The notes below the pieces were generated by a model. The model was not told the DNA's origin and made no database searches. It worked only from the letters and a program-made list of their open reading frames with translations. Positions 28,766 to 40,316 of a DNA stretch of 64,000 nt are shown piece by piece. The stretch is from Nitrosopumilus sp. (GTDB taxonomy: Archaea; Thermoproteota; Nitrososphaeria; Nitrososphaerales; Nitrosopumilaceae), in the NCBI GenBank assembly GCA_963667665.2, contig OY763927.2, forward strand, positions 608,001 to 672,000, in the 5' to 3' direction. The stretch's first letter is position 1, and every line of letters begins with the position of its first letter. Made by a program: the position numbers and the translations under genes.

Positions 28766-29341
28766 TCATTTGAATTTTTTTTTAGCAAATTTAGATAGGC
28801 CTTGTTTCTTTAATTGCTCTGATTCTTTCATGACTGAATTATGTTGATCAGATTTGTGTTTTTTTAATCTCTTTTTTAAATCAGGAAATTCATTTGCGAG
28901 AATTTTCATTGCATAAATTGCAGCATTACCAGCTTTATTGATTCCAACAGATACAACCGGTGAACCTGATGGCATCTCTGTGATTGATAATAATGAATCC
29001 AATCCACCAAATGCAGAAAATTTTGAAGTATCAGTTTTTTTTGTGTGTTTGTCATTGTAAACTAGTATAGGCACACCGATAACAGGGATGATGGTATGTG
29101 AAGCAATCATTCCAGGTAAATGTGCTGCACCACCAGCTCCTGCGATTATTATTTTAAATCCCATTTTTTCAGCATGTTTTGCATATTCATCTAATCTAGC
29201 TGGAGTTCTATGTGCAGAAACAATTTGATCTTCATGTTTAATTTTAAATTCATCTAATATTTCAGATGCACCTTGCATAATTCTACTATCTGAGCTAGAC
29301 CCCATAATGATTCCAATAAGAGGTTTTTTTGAATATGTCAT
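28766..29341 (-). CDS. purE: N5-carboxyaminoimidazole ribonucleotide mutase
   Basis: IIMGSSSD, SAHRTP, GAGGAAHLPG. Confidence 0.96.
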   Translation of the reverse strand: MTYSKKPLIGIIMGSSSDSRIMQGASEILDEFKIKHEDQIVSAHRTPARLDEYAKHAEKMGFKIIIAGAGGAAHLPGMIASHTIIPVIGVPILVYNDKHTKKTDTSKFSAFGGLDSLLSITEMPSGSPVVSVGINKAGNAAIYAMKILANEFPDLKKRLKKHKSDQHNSVMKESEQLKKQGLSKFAKKKFK

Positions 29342-29441
29342 AATATTAGAAAAAACTAGTGAGTAATTAATGATAACTGTTACGAAAAAGCCAACAATAT
29401 TGTTCAAATCAACATTAGCTATTTTTACCCCATTTCAGTTG

Positions 29442-30593
29442 ATGAGTATGTTGACAAAGATCCTCGGAATTATCGGCGGTGGACAACTGGGAATGATGAT
29501 TACAGAGGCAGCACAGAAAATGCCAGAACACATATCAGAAATTATAGTATTAGATCCCACTGAAAACTGTCCTGCAGCACAAGTTGGTGCTGAGCAAATT
29601 GTAGCTGATTTTAAAGATAAAGATGCAATTGTAGATTTAGCAAATAAATCAGATATAATTACTTATGAAATTGAATCTGGAGACAGTGATGTTTTAAAAT
29701 CTGTCGAAAAAAATGCAGAGATAAATCCTTCTCCAGAAACATTAAAAATCATTCAAGATAAATTTTTACAAAAATCTTTTCTGATGGAAAATAATATTCC
29801 AATTCCTGATTTTATCAAAATAGAAAAAATTGAAGATGTTAAAGATGGGTTAAAAAATTTTGGATTTCCCTCATTACTAAAAGCAAGAAGAGATGCATAT
29901 GATGGCCGAGGTAATTTTAAAATTAATTCAGAAGATGAAATTCAGAAAGCATTTGATTATTTCCGAGGACAAAATCTGTTGTTGGAAAAATTTATTTCAT
30001 TTAAAATGGAAGTATCTGTAATTGCATCACGAAACACTAAAGGCCAAATCAAAACATATCCACTAGTTGAAAATATTCATGAAGAGTATATTCTACGTGA
30101 AACAATAGCTCCTGCTAGAGTTACAAAGGAAATTACACAAAAAGCTGAACAAATTGCAGAAAAAATAATGATGGTTCTTAAAGGATCTGGTACATTTGGA
30201 ATAGAAATGTTTGTAACTCAGGATAACAACATTGTGATTAATGAAATTGCACCTAGAGTTCACAATTCAGGTCATCACACATTACAATCAAGTGAGACTT
30301 CTCAGTTTGAACAACATCTCAGAGCAATTTTAGGTTTAGAACTTGGAAGTACTAAACTAATCCACAATACCATAATGTACAATATTTTAGGAACAAAAGA
30401 ATTTGAAGGGGAATACCAATCACTTGATATTTCAAATGAAAATTTATTTTTGAAAATGTATGGTAAAAAAATATCAAAACCATTAAGAAAACTAGGACAT
30501 TTCAATCTAGTTGGAACAAAAGGAGAATCAATTGAACAGCTTTTAGAGGAATTAGAGACACTAAAAGAAAAAACAGTTGTTCTGTCAGTCTAA
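29442..30593 (+). CDS. purK: N5-CAIR synthase (ATP-grasp)
   Basis: GIIGGGQLG, YDGRGN, NEIAPRVHNSGH. Confidence 0.96.
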   Translation: MSMLTKILGIIGGGQLGMMITEAAQKMPEHISEIIVLDPTENCPAAQVGAEQIVADFKDKDAIVDLANKSDIITYEIESGDSDVLKSVEKNAEINPSPETLKIIQDKFLQKSFLMENNIPIPDFIKIEKIEDVKDGLKNFGFPSLLKARRDAYDGRGNFKINSEDEIQKAFDYFRGQNLLLEKFISFKMEVSVIASRNTKGQIKTYPLVENIHEEYILRETIAPARVTKEITQKAEQIAEKIMMVLKGSGTFGIEMFVTQDNNIVINEIAPRVHNSGHHTLQSSETSQFEQHLRAILGLELGSTKLIHNTIMYNILGTKEFEGEYQSLDISNENLFLKMYGKKISKPLRKLGHFNLVGTKGESIEQLLEELETLKEKTVVLSV

Positions 30594-30627
30594 TTAGATT
30601 TATTAATTGTTGAAATTTTGATTTAGT

Positions 30628-31020
30628 ATGGCTAAAACAGTATCTTTGATAATTACGGGTATCGCAATTATTTTACTTTTAATTTATGCAGCAGATCTTG
30701 CAATAGGATATAGTTCTGATGATGGAGAAGGTTTCATTCCATTTGATCATAAAACAAGAGGTATGGGACTAGGTCTTCCAGCAATGATATTACCAATTGT
30801 TGCATATTTTATTTCAAGAAAAGAGCCATCAAAAGGTCTTGGGATTTTAATAATTATTTCAGGTATATTGATCATTACTGGAGGAGCAGTGGTTATTGGA
30901 AATGCAGATCCTGTAAAAGCAGAAGAAACTGGAAGAAATGTGCTTTCTGAAACTATGCCAATAATTATTGCAGGATTGATACAAATTGGCTTAGGTATAC
31001 TTAAAATCAAAAAATCCTAA
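30628..31020 (+). CDS. Four-TM membrane protein
   Basis: Hydrophobic segments. Confidence 0.75.
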   Translation: MAKTVSLIITGIAIILLLIYAADLAIGYSSDDGEGFIPFDHKTRGMGLGLPAMILPIVAYFISRKEPSKGLGILIIISGILIITGGAVVIGNADPVKAEETGRNVLSETMPIIIAGLIQIGLGILKIKKS

Positions 31021-31030
31021 ATGATTGACA

Positions 31031-31156
31031 TTGCCTACTTGTGTCAAATGCAATAATGATGTAAAAAAAGTTTATGATTGCGACCATACGGATTTTGAGG
31101 AATATTGTGTAGAGTGCTATACAGAATTACATTACTATTTGACAGAAAAGGAATGA
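31031..31156 (+). CDS. Cys-rich micro-protein (41 aa)
   Basis: TTG start; MPTCVKC...DCDH...YCVECYTELH. Confidence 0.65.
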   Translation: MPTCVKCNNDVKKVYDCDHTDFEEYCVECYTELHYYLTEKE

Positions 31157-31160
31157 GCAT

Positions 31161-31388
31161 ATGTTAACTGACAGAGAAATTGCAATTTACGCCTTAGGAA
31201 AAACAGAAGGAGTCAATTCAGTAGCTGAGACATTGGGAAAAGGTCTTGATGACAAAAAATACATAGAATCTTGGAAAAAAATCATGAAACTTTTAGGAAT
31301 CGAATTACCACTAAAAGATCTTGAAAAGATCTATAACGAATTTTCACAAAAAATGGATGATGTAGTTAATGCTAACGAAATAAAATAA
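31161..31388 (+). CDS. Hypothetical protein
   Basis: 75-aa ORF. Confidence 0.7.
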   Translation: MLTDREIAIYALGKTEGVNSVAETLGKGLDDKKYIESWKKIMKLLGIELPLKDLEKIYNEFSQKMDDVVNANEIK

Positions 31389-31479
31389 CTCTCATCAAAG
31401 AATGATTAATTGATGAATTTTATTAGATATCTACTAAATTTGAAAATTTTCATATACTCCAAAAATTAGACAATGGTAA

Positions 31480-32148
31480 TTGAAAGCAATAATTTTAGCT
31501 GGTGGGCGAGGTAAAAGATTAAGCCCAATTACAGATTATGTTCCAAAACCTCTCATTCCAATAAAAAACACACCAATTATTGAATGGCAGATAAAATATC
31601 TAAAAAAATATGGGGTTAATGAAGTAATTATCTGTACAAGTTACAAAACAAAAATGATTGAAAATTATTTATCTATGAAAAATATTGATATTAAAATAAA
31701 ATTCTCAATTGAAAAATTACCATTAGGTACAGGTGGTGCAATTAAAAAAGCAGGAAAAATGATTAAAGACAAATCATTTTTTGTAATTAATGGAGATGTA
31801 ATTACAAATATTGATTTAAGAAAACTCTCCAAAAAACCAAATTCCATAGCATCAATTGAATTACGAACTAAATTTGGCACGTTAGAAACGAATGGAAATA
31901 AAATATCAAAATTTAGAGAAAAAAAAGAGATTTCAAATTTGTGGATGAATGCCGGCATATATTATCTTCAAAAAGAAATACTCAAGGATTTACCAAATAA
32001 AGGAGATATAGAAAAAACACTTTTTCCAAGTTATGCAAAAAAAGGTAAACTCAATACAATTAAATTCAAAAAAATAAAATGGTATTCAATTGATTCTATC
32101 AAAGATATTGAAGAGAGTTCACTAGAAATAGAAAAAATAATAAAATAA
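31480..32148 (+). CDS. Sugar-phosphate nucleotidyltransferase
   Basis: ILAGGRGKRL, PKPL, LGTGGA, NGD. Confidence 0.92.
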   Translation: MKAIILAGGRGKRLSPITDYVPKPLIPIKNTPIIEWQIKYLKKYGVNEVIICTSYKTKMIENYLSMKNIDIKIKFSIEKLPLGTGGAIKKAGKMIKDKSFFVINGDVITNIDLRKLSKKPNSIASIELRTKFGTLETNGNKISKFREKKEISNLWMNAGIYYLQKEILKDLPNKGDIEKTLFPSYAKKGKLNTIKFKKIKWYSIDSIKDIEESSLEIEKIIK

Positions 32149-32160
32149 AAAATTTGAGTA

Positions 32161-32307
32161 TTATGCACCTGTTCTGTGCAATGTAACCATCATGTATGCT
32201 ACTTCTTCAACAAAGGATTCATCTTTGCTAACTAGTGTGTATTGTGTAGCATTATTCCAAAAAGTTTCCCCTTTGTATGATTTTTCATTAAAAATTTGTT
32301 CACTCAA
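32161..32307 (-). CDS. Small hypothetical protein (48 aa)
   Basis: TTG-started ORF MSEQIFNEKSYKGETFW...TLHRTGA. Confidence 0.4.
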   Translation of the reverse strand: MSEQIFNEKSYKGETFWNNATQYTLVSKDESFVEEVAYMMVTLHRTGA

Positions 32308-32407
32308 TGTTTATGATTAGTATCTGATCTGATAATACTCCACCTCAATCAAAATTAACCTATTACTAAAACAGATACGCTAAATATCCATCACACATAC
32401 AATTTTC

Positions 32408-33373
32408 ATGCGAATTGGATGTAGTCTAGGCTCACTTCTTTCAGTAAATCAGGTTCTAGAATGCTCAGAAATTCTGTCTAAAACCAATGTCGATACAATT
32501 TGGATACCTGAAACATGGGGTATGGAGAATTTCTCAATGTTAAGTGCTGTATCAAACAAGACAATTACCAAAAAAATAGGCTCATCTATTATCAACATCT
32601 ATTCAAGAAGCCCATCAGTAATTGCAATGGGTGCATCTACTGTAGATACATTATCTGACGGACGATTAATTCTCGGTCTTGGAACAAGTAGTTTGCCAAT
32701 AGTTGAAACTTTTCATGGTTACAAATTTGAAAAACCAGTACAACGAATGAAAGAATATGTTAAAATAATTAAATTAGTTTTATCAGGAAAAAAAGTAAAT
32801 TATTCTGGAGAAATTTTTAATTTAAAGAATTTTACATTATTAACAAAACCAAAAAGAGAATCAATTCCAATTTATTTAGCAGCTGTTAATAAAAAAATGG
32901 TTGATTTAGCATGGGATATTGGAGATGGGGTGATTTTTTATCTAAGACCAATAAATGAGATGAAAGAAACAATAACAAAAATGCAATCAAAGAAAAAAAT
33001 TGATGTTACTTGTCAGATAATTACTTGTGTTGGAGAAGATTCCGATGTTGCAATTGAACGTGCTAAAAAAACATTGGCGTTTTATGTATCTATAGGAAAA
33101 GTATATAGAGAATTTTTGGAAAAAAATGGATTTAAAAATGAAACATCAAACATATTTGATGAATTCAAAAAATCAGGATTAGAATCTAATCATGAATTTG
33201 TTACAGATTCAATGCTGCAATCACTTTGTATATCTGGTACTCCTGAAGAATGTAAAAAACAACTTCAAAAATTTCATAAAACAGGAATAAATTCACCAAT
33301 AATTCAATTTAATCCAGTTGGAGATGTATCTGAATCTTTTGAGTTATTGAAAAAAACATTTTTGGAGGAATAA
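32408..33373 (+). CDS. LLM-class (probably F420-dependent) oxidoreductase
   Basis: WIPE, DTLSDGRLILGLG, PIYLAA. Confidence 0.9.
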   Translation: MRIGCSLGSLLSVNQVLECSEILSKTNVDTIWIPETWGMENFSMLSAVSNKTITKKIGSSIINIYSRSPSVIAMGASTVDTLSDGRLILGLGTSSLPIVETFHGYKFEKPVQRMKEYVKIIKLVLSGKKVNYSGEIFNLKNFTLLTKPKRESIPIYLAAVNKKMVDLAWDIGDGVIFYLRPINEMKETITKMQSKKKIDVTCQIITCVGEDSDVAIERAKKTLAFYVSIGKVYREFLEKNGFKNETSNIFDEFKKSGLESNHEFVTDSMLQSLCISGTPEECKKQLQKFHKTGINSPIIQFNPVGDVSESFELLKKTFLEE

Positions 33374-33374
33374 A

Positions 33375-34484
33375 ATGATCAAAGTTGGAATAGCAGCATA
33401 TGGAATTACTCCATTTACAAAAGATGATGAAAAAATAGAATCTGTTTTACTCAAATCTACAAAGACACTCTTTGAAAATAATCCTAAAATTAATAGAAAT
33501 GACATTGATGCAGTATTAGTTTCTACAAACAATAATTCAAAATATCTAGCCCCAATTTTATCAGAAATGACTGGAATTAAACCAAAAATTGCTCATTCTA
33601 TAGAAAGTCTATGTAATTCAGGCACGAATTCGATTGTTTCAGCATATTCATACATTGTTTCAGGGCTTGCAGACATGGTTCTCATTAACGGTGCTGAAAG
33701 ATATGATAGTCCAGGACAAATTTTAGACTGGGATAATTCAAGAGGGGAATTCAAACATCCAATATTTTGGGCATCTATTTTTACAAAATCATACAAACGA
33801 GAATATTTAATTTCTGATGAACAACTAGCACTTGTTTCAGTAAAAAATCATAAACATGCAAAAGAAAATCCTAACGCTCTATCAAACAAAACATTCACAA
33901 TTCAAGATGTAATAAATTCTAAAAAATTAACTGATGATCTTAGAGTATTAGATTGCTCAAGACCGTGTACTGGTAGTGCTTCTATTCTTCTTGCATCTGA
34001 AGAAATGGCTAAAAAGATTACTGATATGCCTGTATGGATTACAGGTATTGGTCAAAAAACAACTTCAGCTGGATTTACAAAAAATATGTCATTTAGTTCA
34101 ATGGAATCAACCAAAATAGCAAGTAACGCTGCATTAAAAATGGCAAATCAAAACATACAAGATATTGATGTTGCAGAGGTTCATGATGCATTTTCTGTTT
34201 GTGAACCAATGGCATTAGAATCCATGGGTTTTTCTGATTCAGGTTGTGGAACTAGTATGATTAAGGAACTTTATGACACAAACAATTTTAAAATAAACCC
34301 TAGAGGGGGATTGATTGGATCAGGTCATCCTCTTGGGGCAACAGGAATAGCTCAAACTATAGAAATTATGCAACAACTTCAATCAAATGCAGATACAAGG
34401 CAAGTTGACAATGCTAATGTGGGATTGGTTCACAATATGTCTGCAGCAGCCACATCTTCAACAGTATTGATTCTAGAAAAATGA
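33375..34484 (+). CDS. Thiolase family protein
   Basis: ESLCNSG, EVHDAF, GHPLGATG. Confidence 0.93.
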   Translation: MIKVGIAAYGITPFTKDDEKIESVLLKSTKTLFENNPKINRNDIDAVLVSTNNNSKYLAPILSEMTGIKPKIAHSIESLCNSGTNSIVSAYSYIVSGLADMVLINGAERYDSPGQILDWDNSRGEFKHPIFWASIFTKSYKREYLISDEQLALVSVKNHKHAKENPNALSNKTFTIQDVINSKKLTDDLRVLDCSRPCTGSASILLASEEMAKKITDMPVWITGIGQKTTSAGFTKNMSFSSMESTKIASNAALKMANQNIQDIDVAEVHDAFSVCEPMALESMGFSDSGCGTSMIKELYDTNNFKINPRGGLIGSGHPLGATGIAQTIEIMQQLQSNADTRQVDNANVGLVHNMSAAATSSTVLILEK

Positions 34485-34789
34485 GTTTTGAGTCTGAATT
34501 ATTACAGGGGAAATTCTGTATTCCTGAATGTACAGTTTGTAAGAAAATTGTTTGGCCCCCAGCTGAATTTTGTAATTATTGTTTTGGGGTAGTGTCTCTT
34601 AAAAAAGGTGATTTTAAAGGTAAAGTAATTGAATTTTCAAGACAAGACAAGGAATATTTTTGCATAATAGAATTTGAAAATACTATTAGAATAATAGCAA
34701 AAATTTTACAAATTCCGGAAATAGGACAGACAGTTCAAATTTCAAAATGTGGTATTCTTAATGGGAATCATTTTTTTTATGTTAATTGA
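34481..34789 (+). CDS. DUF35-like Zn-ribbon/OB-fold thiolase partner
   Basis: CTVC...PP..FCNYC; overlaps the thiolase stop. Confidence 0.85.
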   Translation: MSFESELLQGKFCIPECTVCKKIVWPPAEFCNYCFGVVSLKKGDFKGKVIEFSRQDKEYFCIIEFENTIRIIAKILQIPEIGQTVQISKCGILNGNHFFYVN

Positions 34790-35609
34790 ATTTTGTGTAA
34801 ATATATGGAGTTTCAATTGTTTGATCAAAAGTCCATATAGTTGGCAATGAAACGGTATCAACTATATTCAAATTATGTTTTTTAATAATTGAACCCCATC
34901 CACCATGTGACAAATTGTTTGATAATTGTTTTTTAGAATTTGTTCCTGCAAATACTAATCCAGCATTATGAGATATACTGGAAATTCCATTTATTTTATT
35001 AATAATACTAATTGCCAAAATATCTCCGCCCATTTGAGAAAGACCTCCAATAAAAAAAACAGGTTGTGTTAATTGAAGTTGAGAATAATCAAATTCTAAG
35101 GCATCTTTACATTTTGGATTAAAGTTTTGATTTGTGGATTTACTAATTGTTTCTTGTAATTCTACTAACACATCATCTATTTCAATACTGTATGAAATTA
35201 ATCCCAATATTTTTCCACAAAATGCAATTCGTCCATCTCCAGAACCAATATCTACCAGTTCTTTGTACCTTAATTTTTTTGCAACAAGGGCCATTACATA
35301 CGCAGACATTATCCATGTTGGGTAAAATGGTTGGCAACTAGAGCCATGTTTTATGCTGTTTAACCAATATTCGTTAATATCTCCTTCATAAACAACGCAG
35401 GTAGTTCCTGCAATTTTCTCTTCAAATGAATTAAAGTATATTGGATTTTTTTGAGCAAAATCATGAAGTGCTTCTAAATGATTTGTATCTATTGGAAATT
35501 GAGTAGAAGTAGAAACAGGTATTACTTCTTGAATATGGGCGCTGCCAGTATAATTTTTTGCAAATTCATGTTTTACTAGAACAAGATTTTTTACAAGATC
35601 ATCAAGCAT
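34782..35609 (-). CDS. Class I SAM-dependent methyltransferase-like protein
   Basis: LVDIGSGDGRI motif. Confidence 0.75.
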   Translation of the reverse strand: MLDDLVKNLVLVKHEFAKNYTGSAHIQEVIPVSTSTQFPIDTNHLEALHDFAQKNPIYFNSFEEKIAGTTCVVYEGDINEYWLNSIKHGSSCQPFYPTWIMSAYVMALVAKKLRYKELVDIGSGDGRIAFCGKILGLISYSIEIDDVLVELQETISKSTNQNFNPKCKDALEFDYSQLQLTQPVFFIGGLSQMGGDILAISIINKINGISSISHNAGLVFAGTNSKKQLSNNLSHGGWGSIIKKHNLNIVDTVSLPTIWTFDQTIETPYIYTKFN

Positions 35610-36359
35610 TAATTCAGTAAAATGAATGGGTTTGATAAACTCATTGCCCTCTAATTTGATTTTTTAGATAAAATTGATGCCAGTTCTTGTTCCACTTTTT
35701 TTAACTGCTTAATTGTTTTTGTCTGCATAATTTCAATATCCTTAAGTTCATTTTTAGAAGGATCCATTACCAATTGAAAACTTTGATGTTTTAATATATT
35801 CAAATAGAAATCCTTGCAAAAGAATCTGTAATTACATTCAAAGAGACATTCCCTGATTACAGAGAAAGCTTTGATGAGGATCATAATATTAGTTATTCCA
35901 TACAGGCTAGAAATGCAAACACTGGCAATATCTTTGCATTACAGATTATGTATTATCTGCAAGGACCACCAGTAAGTACTGATAATTTTAATGAACGTGA
36001 AAATATCCAGTGTATCCCAGGTGAGAACATGTATGTCGGTGAGGGGGTGAGATCTATGTATATGGGCGGAGGAAACACTGATCTGTTCATACATGAATCA
36101 ATAAAAAGTACAAACTGTCTAGATGATGACTGGGATGCTAAAATGCTAACCCCTGAAGAACTCTTACAGTAATATTTTATTTTCAAGACAATCTTATTAT
36201 ACAAATTAAAATTGATTCTACTTGTTGCCAAGCTTGAAACAAGTTTCATATCTTGTAGGATTAACCATAACCATTACACTTTTCTCGTTATTTTTGTACA
36301 TGGCATTACCATCCATGCTTTATGAGGACCATTGAAATGATAATACAGGCTTTGCTGAT

Positions 36360-36662
36360 ATGACTGATGAGGAGGTACTGGAATTATTTGTAACACATCC
36401 ATCATACTTTGCATTTTATGATAAACATCCAGATGCAATACAAGAATTAAACATAAACAGACATGGCGCAAATCTTGAGGTAGGTATTGCAAACTATCAG
36501 AACGGCGACTTTCTGATTTTAGATATGCACTTGGATAGGCATGATCTAGATGTTAGTGTTAATATTAGATGTGAGAGTGAGAATGATGACTATCAAAATA
36601 ATCATGTAGATGGCTTGTTTGCAGTTGACTTTATTTATAATACAGACTGTCTAATGAGATGA
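36360..36662 (+). CDS. Hypothetical protein (possibly a 5'-truncated surface protein)
   Basis: 100-aa ORF overlapping the GNAT start. Confidence 0.55.
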   Translation: MTDEEVLELFVTHPSYFAFYDKHPDAIQELNINRHGANLEVGIANYQNGDFLILDMHLDRHDLDVSVNIRCESENDDYQNNHVDGLFAVDFIYNTDCLMR

Positions 36663-37114
36663 ATGGTAGTATTTCCATTAATGATGTTATAATAAAAACA
36701 GCTCTTGATCAAGACGTTTTAGATATCTTGGAATTACTATACGAGCTAGGACGTCCAAGGCCACAACATGAGGACTTTGAATCTATCGTGAGAAAATACA
36801 TTGCAGATGCTGACAAGGAAATACTAGTTGTGTTATACCAAGATAAAATTATTGCAATGGCAAGTATCATTTATCTGCCCAGGTTAAACTATACAACTTT
36901 AGAGTTGTACATCCCAGAGTTGATTATATCTGGTAACTATCAAAGTAAGGGGATTGGGCGCAAGCTAGTATCTGTAATTATCGGTATGGCCAAAAAGCGA
37001 AACTGTCATAGAATTAGACTAGAGTCTGGGTATGACAGAATAGATGCACATTCGTTTTATACTAATATTGGATTTATGGATAATGCAAAGTCATTTGTGT
37101 TAAAATTGATTTGA
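36659..37114 (+). CDS. GNAT family N-acetyltransferase
   Basis: YQSKGIGRKL, AHSFY..IGF. Confidence 0.9.
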   Translation: MNGSISINDVIIKTALDQDVLDILELLYELGRPRPQHEDFESIVRKYIADADKEILVVLYQDKIIAMASIIYLPRLNYTTLELYIPELIISGNYQSKGIGRKLVSVIIGMAKKRNCHRIRLESGYDRIDAHSFYTNIGFMDNAKSFVLKLI

Positions 37115-37172
37115 TGAATCATAAATAATGAATAGATTGTTTTAAATTTGGATAGAAAATTAATTTTAGAAA

Positions 37173-37340
37173 ATGGCTTTTATCAATTATTTTACTAACA
37201 ACTATTGTAAAGGCTGTGAACTTAGATTCTTAAAATCAGATGGAATTTACTGCCCTAAATGCGGTTCACAAGCCAGAACTGCCCCTAGACATGCATCTAA
37301 AAATAAAAAGAAATATAGAGAAAATAATATGTCTATTTAA
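37173..37340 (+). CDS. Zn-ribbon micro-protein (55 aa)
   Basis: YCKGC...YCPKCGSQARTAPR. Confidence 0.65.
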   Translation: MAFINYFTNNYCKGCELRFLKSDGIYCPKCGSQARTAPRHASKNKKKYRENNMSI

Positions 37341-37405
37341 TATTAAAAACTAACGATCATAATAATTATGATCATAGTTTTATAGATTAATTATAAAAAA
37401 TAGAT

Positions 37406-37678
37406 TTGTTAAAAAGAATTAGTGTTCCAATAGTTATTTCAATTCTTAATAATTTATCAACTCATGGCCCTCTTAAAAGAACAAAACTTGCACTTTACTC
37501 GCATTTACCATATGACAGATTTATCAAATACATGAATATGCTATGTCTTTTAAATTTAATAAAATTAAATCATACTGCTAATGGATTGTATGTTGATATT
37601 ACAATATTTGGCACTAGTGGAAGGTGCAGACATATTGAAGAAACTAGAAAAAGAAAAAGAAAAAGAAATAGTCGATGA
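37406..37678 (+). CDS. Winged-helix DNA-binding protein (C-terminus probably truncated or fused)
   Basis: GPLKRTKLALYSHLPYDRFIKYM...ITIFG. Confidence 0.6.
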   Translation: MLKRISVPIVISILNNLSTHGPLKRTKLALYSHLPYDRFIKYMNMLCLLNLIKLNHTANGLYVDITIFGTSGRCRHIEETRKRKRKRNSR

Positions 37679-39169
37679 GGATAAAATTGACATGCTAACA
37701 GACAAGTTCAAGAAGATACGTTATGAACTTAATAAAGAGGGTATTGCTTCAGCAAAACAATATGAAGACAATGCAGATTATTGGCGTTCATTAAGTCATC
37801 CTGAATCCCCAGATGTAGCAGCACATGGAGTTCACAATACTTCTTATGATTCTCAAATCATACCAACTTCTCACACATGTTCTAGCTGTTCTCAAAAAGG
37901 ATATTTTATATCCGGTTTTGACTGGTGGGTAATTCAACCTATTTGGAAAACATCTGAATCTGCTGATTATTGGACAAGAGTAACAACTACAACACAATCA
38001 TATGCTTCTGAGATAGAAACTGATCAACACTATGAGGAAATAAAACCTTGGTCTCATTATTCTCTAAAGAAAAGTGGGTCCATTGAGTGGTTTCTGGCCA
38101 TATTGTAGTTAATAATTTTGACAATGAACTTCAGTACTCAAGTCCTTTTGTATTCACTTCGACTTATGTAACACCATCATATGCCACGTTAGAATATTCT
38201 TGGATTGATGATGTTCCCAGCCATTCTAGACACATAACACAAGCTAGCGCAAACACAACAACTACCGTAACATCAGACAAGAACTACAACAACGTTACAA
38301 TTGAGGACGGTGGAATATTAGATGTACAAAATGTCATAATAAAAATCGATGGAACATATACAGAGAATGGAACCGGTAAGATTAAAGTTGGAAGAACTGG
38401 TTGTATTGGAGGCACACCAGGCATTGGTGTTGGTGGAATAGGTGGTGTTGCATTCAGGGCAGCCATTGGATCCCGTGGACGAGAAAGACCAGCAGAAAAT
38501 GGTGATGCAGCAATTAACATACCTGCAGGTAATGCACCCTCATGTACTGATTTTATAAATGCTGCCACATTTGAAAATGACTTATTACTATTTGATGTGA
38601 TAGCCCCAAAAATCAGATCACAAATTCAAGGAGGTAAAGGTTCTGATGGAACAGAAGCTGCACCATCAGGTACTGATGGAAGGGGTGGTACTGATTCCTT
38701 TAGATTCGGTACTTGGAGAACAAACAACCTAGGAGGAAGAGGTGCAAACGGTGCAGCAGGTGTAATGGGTGGAGGTAAGTTCCTTTTGTATATTAGAAAC
38801 ATTGCAACAACACTTAGAATTGATGCTAAAGGAAGTGATGGAAATAATGGACTGCAGGGAACAGCAGAAGCTGGCATTATACCTACTGCAAGTTCTGGTG
38901 CTGCAGGATCTGCAGGATCAGCAGCATCCTCAAGTGCTACTCTTGGCTCAGATGGAGCTCAGGGTGCAATTGTTTATGTCGTGTATAATGCTTTGAATGA
39001 TAATACACAGACAAACACTACAATTACAAATAGTGTTGATATTTCTGGCGGTGTTGGTGGATTTAACGGAAGTGTTGCAGGTGCAGCAAATGCATTGTTG
39101 ACTAGCAAGGGATCAACTAGTCCAGATGGTCTTAAGATTGTAGAATCACAGAGTGATCTAACAACATGA
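37581..39169 (+). pseudogene. Mosaic of a secreted-protein fragment and a Gly-rich, virion-fibre-like protein
   Basis: ORFs 37581-38108 and 38087-39169 lack good starts; composition turns Gly-rich after about 38250. Confidence 0.5.
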
Positions 39170-39301
39170 GGTGGTTGCTTAAATGGTAAACTTTACTCCG
39201 GACTCAACTACAATTGCAACACTCAACACAGAGACAGATTTATTTGATGTTACAAATGACAGGTATTTTGCCACATGGTTATTTACAAATAATATGGAAT
39301 C

Positions 39302-39311
39302 GGGGGGGGGG
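39302..39311. repeat. Poly-G10 homopolymer
   Basis: Ten consecutive G in AT-rich coding sequence. Confidence 0.95.
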
Positions 39312-40316
39312 TATTTGCACAGACTTCATCTGATGCCTCAACTACAATTGTAGATAGAGATATACCCCCAACAAACCTTCTATCTACTTCAGGCCCCGAT
39401 GATATATTTTTTTATTGGGATGCACCAAGTGATGTAAGTACATATCCTGACACTACATATCAATTGCAGTATGTTGATTTTGAAACCATATTCAACATAC
39501 AGGGCTATCATGTATCTCCAATATACCGTAGTACTCTAAACTTTACTGTTGGTGATACTACTACTGTAGAAATTATACTAACCAACAATACTAGAATAGA
39601 TGTTGGCACAGTAATTACAGAAGGGTTACAACTTGACCATGAAGACTTCGTAAGTGGTGCAATATATGTAAGATATGGTATACAAAGTGTTCATGTTCCA
39701 ACATGGTTTACATGGGATGAAAGTATTCCTATAACATACACAAGCTATTACTTTACAAAGTCTTTACATACAGAGCTAGACACTCCTAGTCTACGAGCAC
39801 TCGAAACGTATCGTGTAATCATTACAGATACAGAACTCTTTACGAATAGTCATAGGACACTAGCGTTTACTCTTAGTAATATAGACTTACCACCGCCGCT
39901 ACCTACTGGAACTATGATATGTGAAGTATCTTTGAGTGGAAACTTGGCTTTCGGTAATTTGGGCATTGGTGCAGTATCTAGTGCAGAGACTCTAACGTTT
40001 ACCAATACTGGTAACGCTACAAACCCTGCTGATATTGAAGTGAGCGCAACTAATTGGTTGAGTACTACTGATCCACTTGTAATAGTAATGAATGCTGAAA
40101 ATACAAAGTATTCTGACACTTCATCTGATGCATATGCCGATAGAACATCGTTTACAACCTCTAATACATCTATTATTGATGATCTTGTAGTTAGTGACAC
40201 TGCTGACTCTTATTTACAAGTTCAAGTCAATCTATTAGATCTAACGTTTAGAGGAGTGATCTGGACCCCTTGTTTTAGTACCGTTTTTTGCATCTTTTTC
40301 CGAATGATTTCAGCCC

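Noticed and set aside
28766-30593. Divergent purE/purK arrangement with overlapping ORF calls
   Set aside because: The overlap comes from over-extended starts; the genes are ordinary housekeeping genes.
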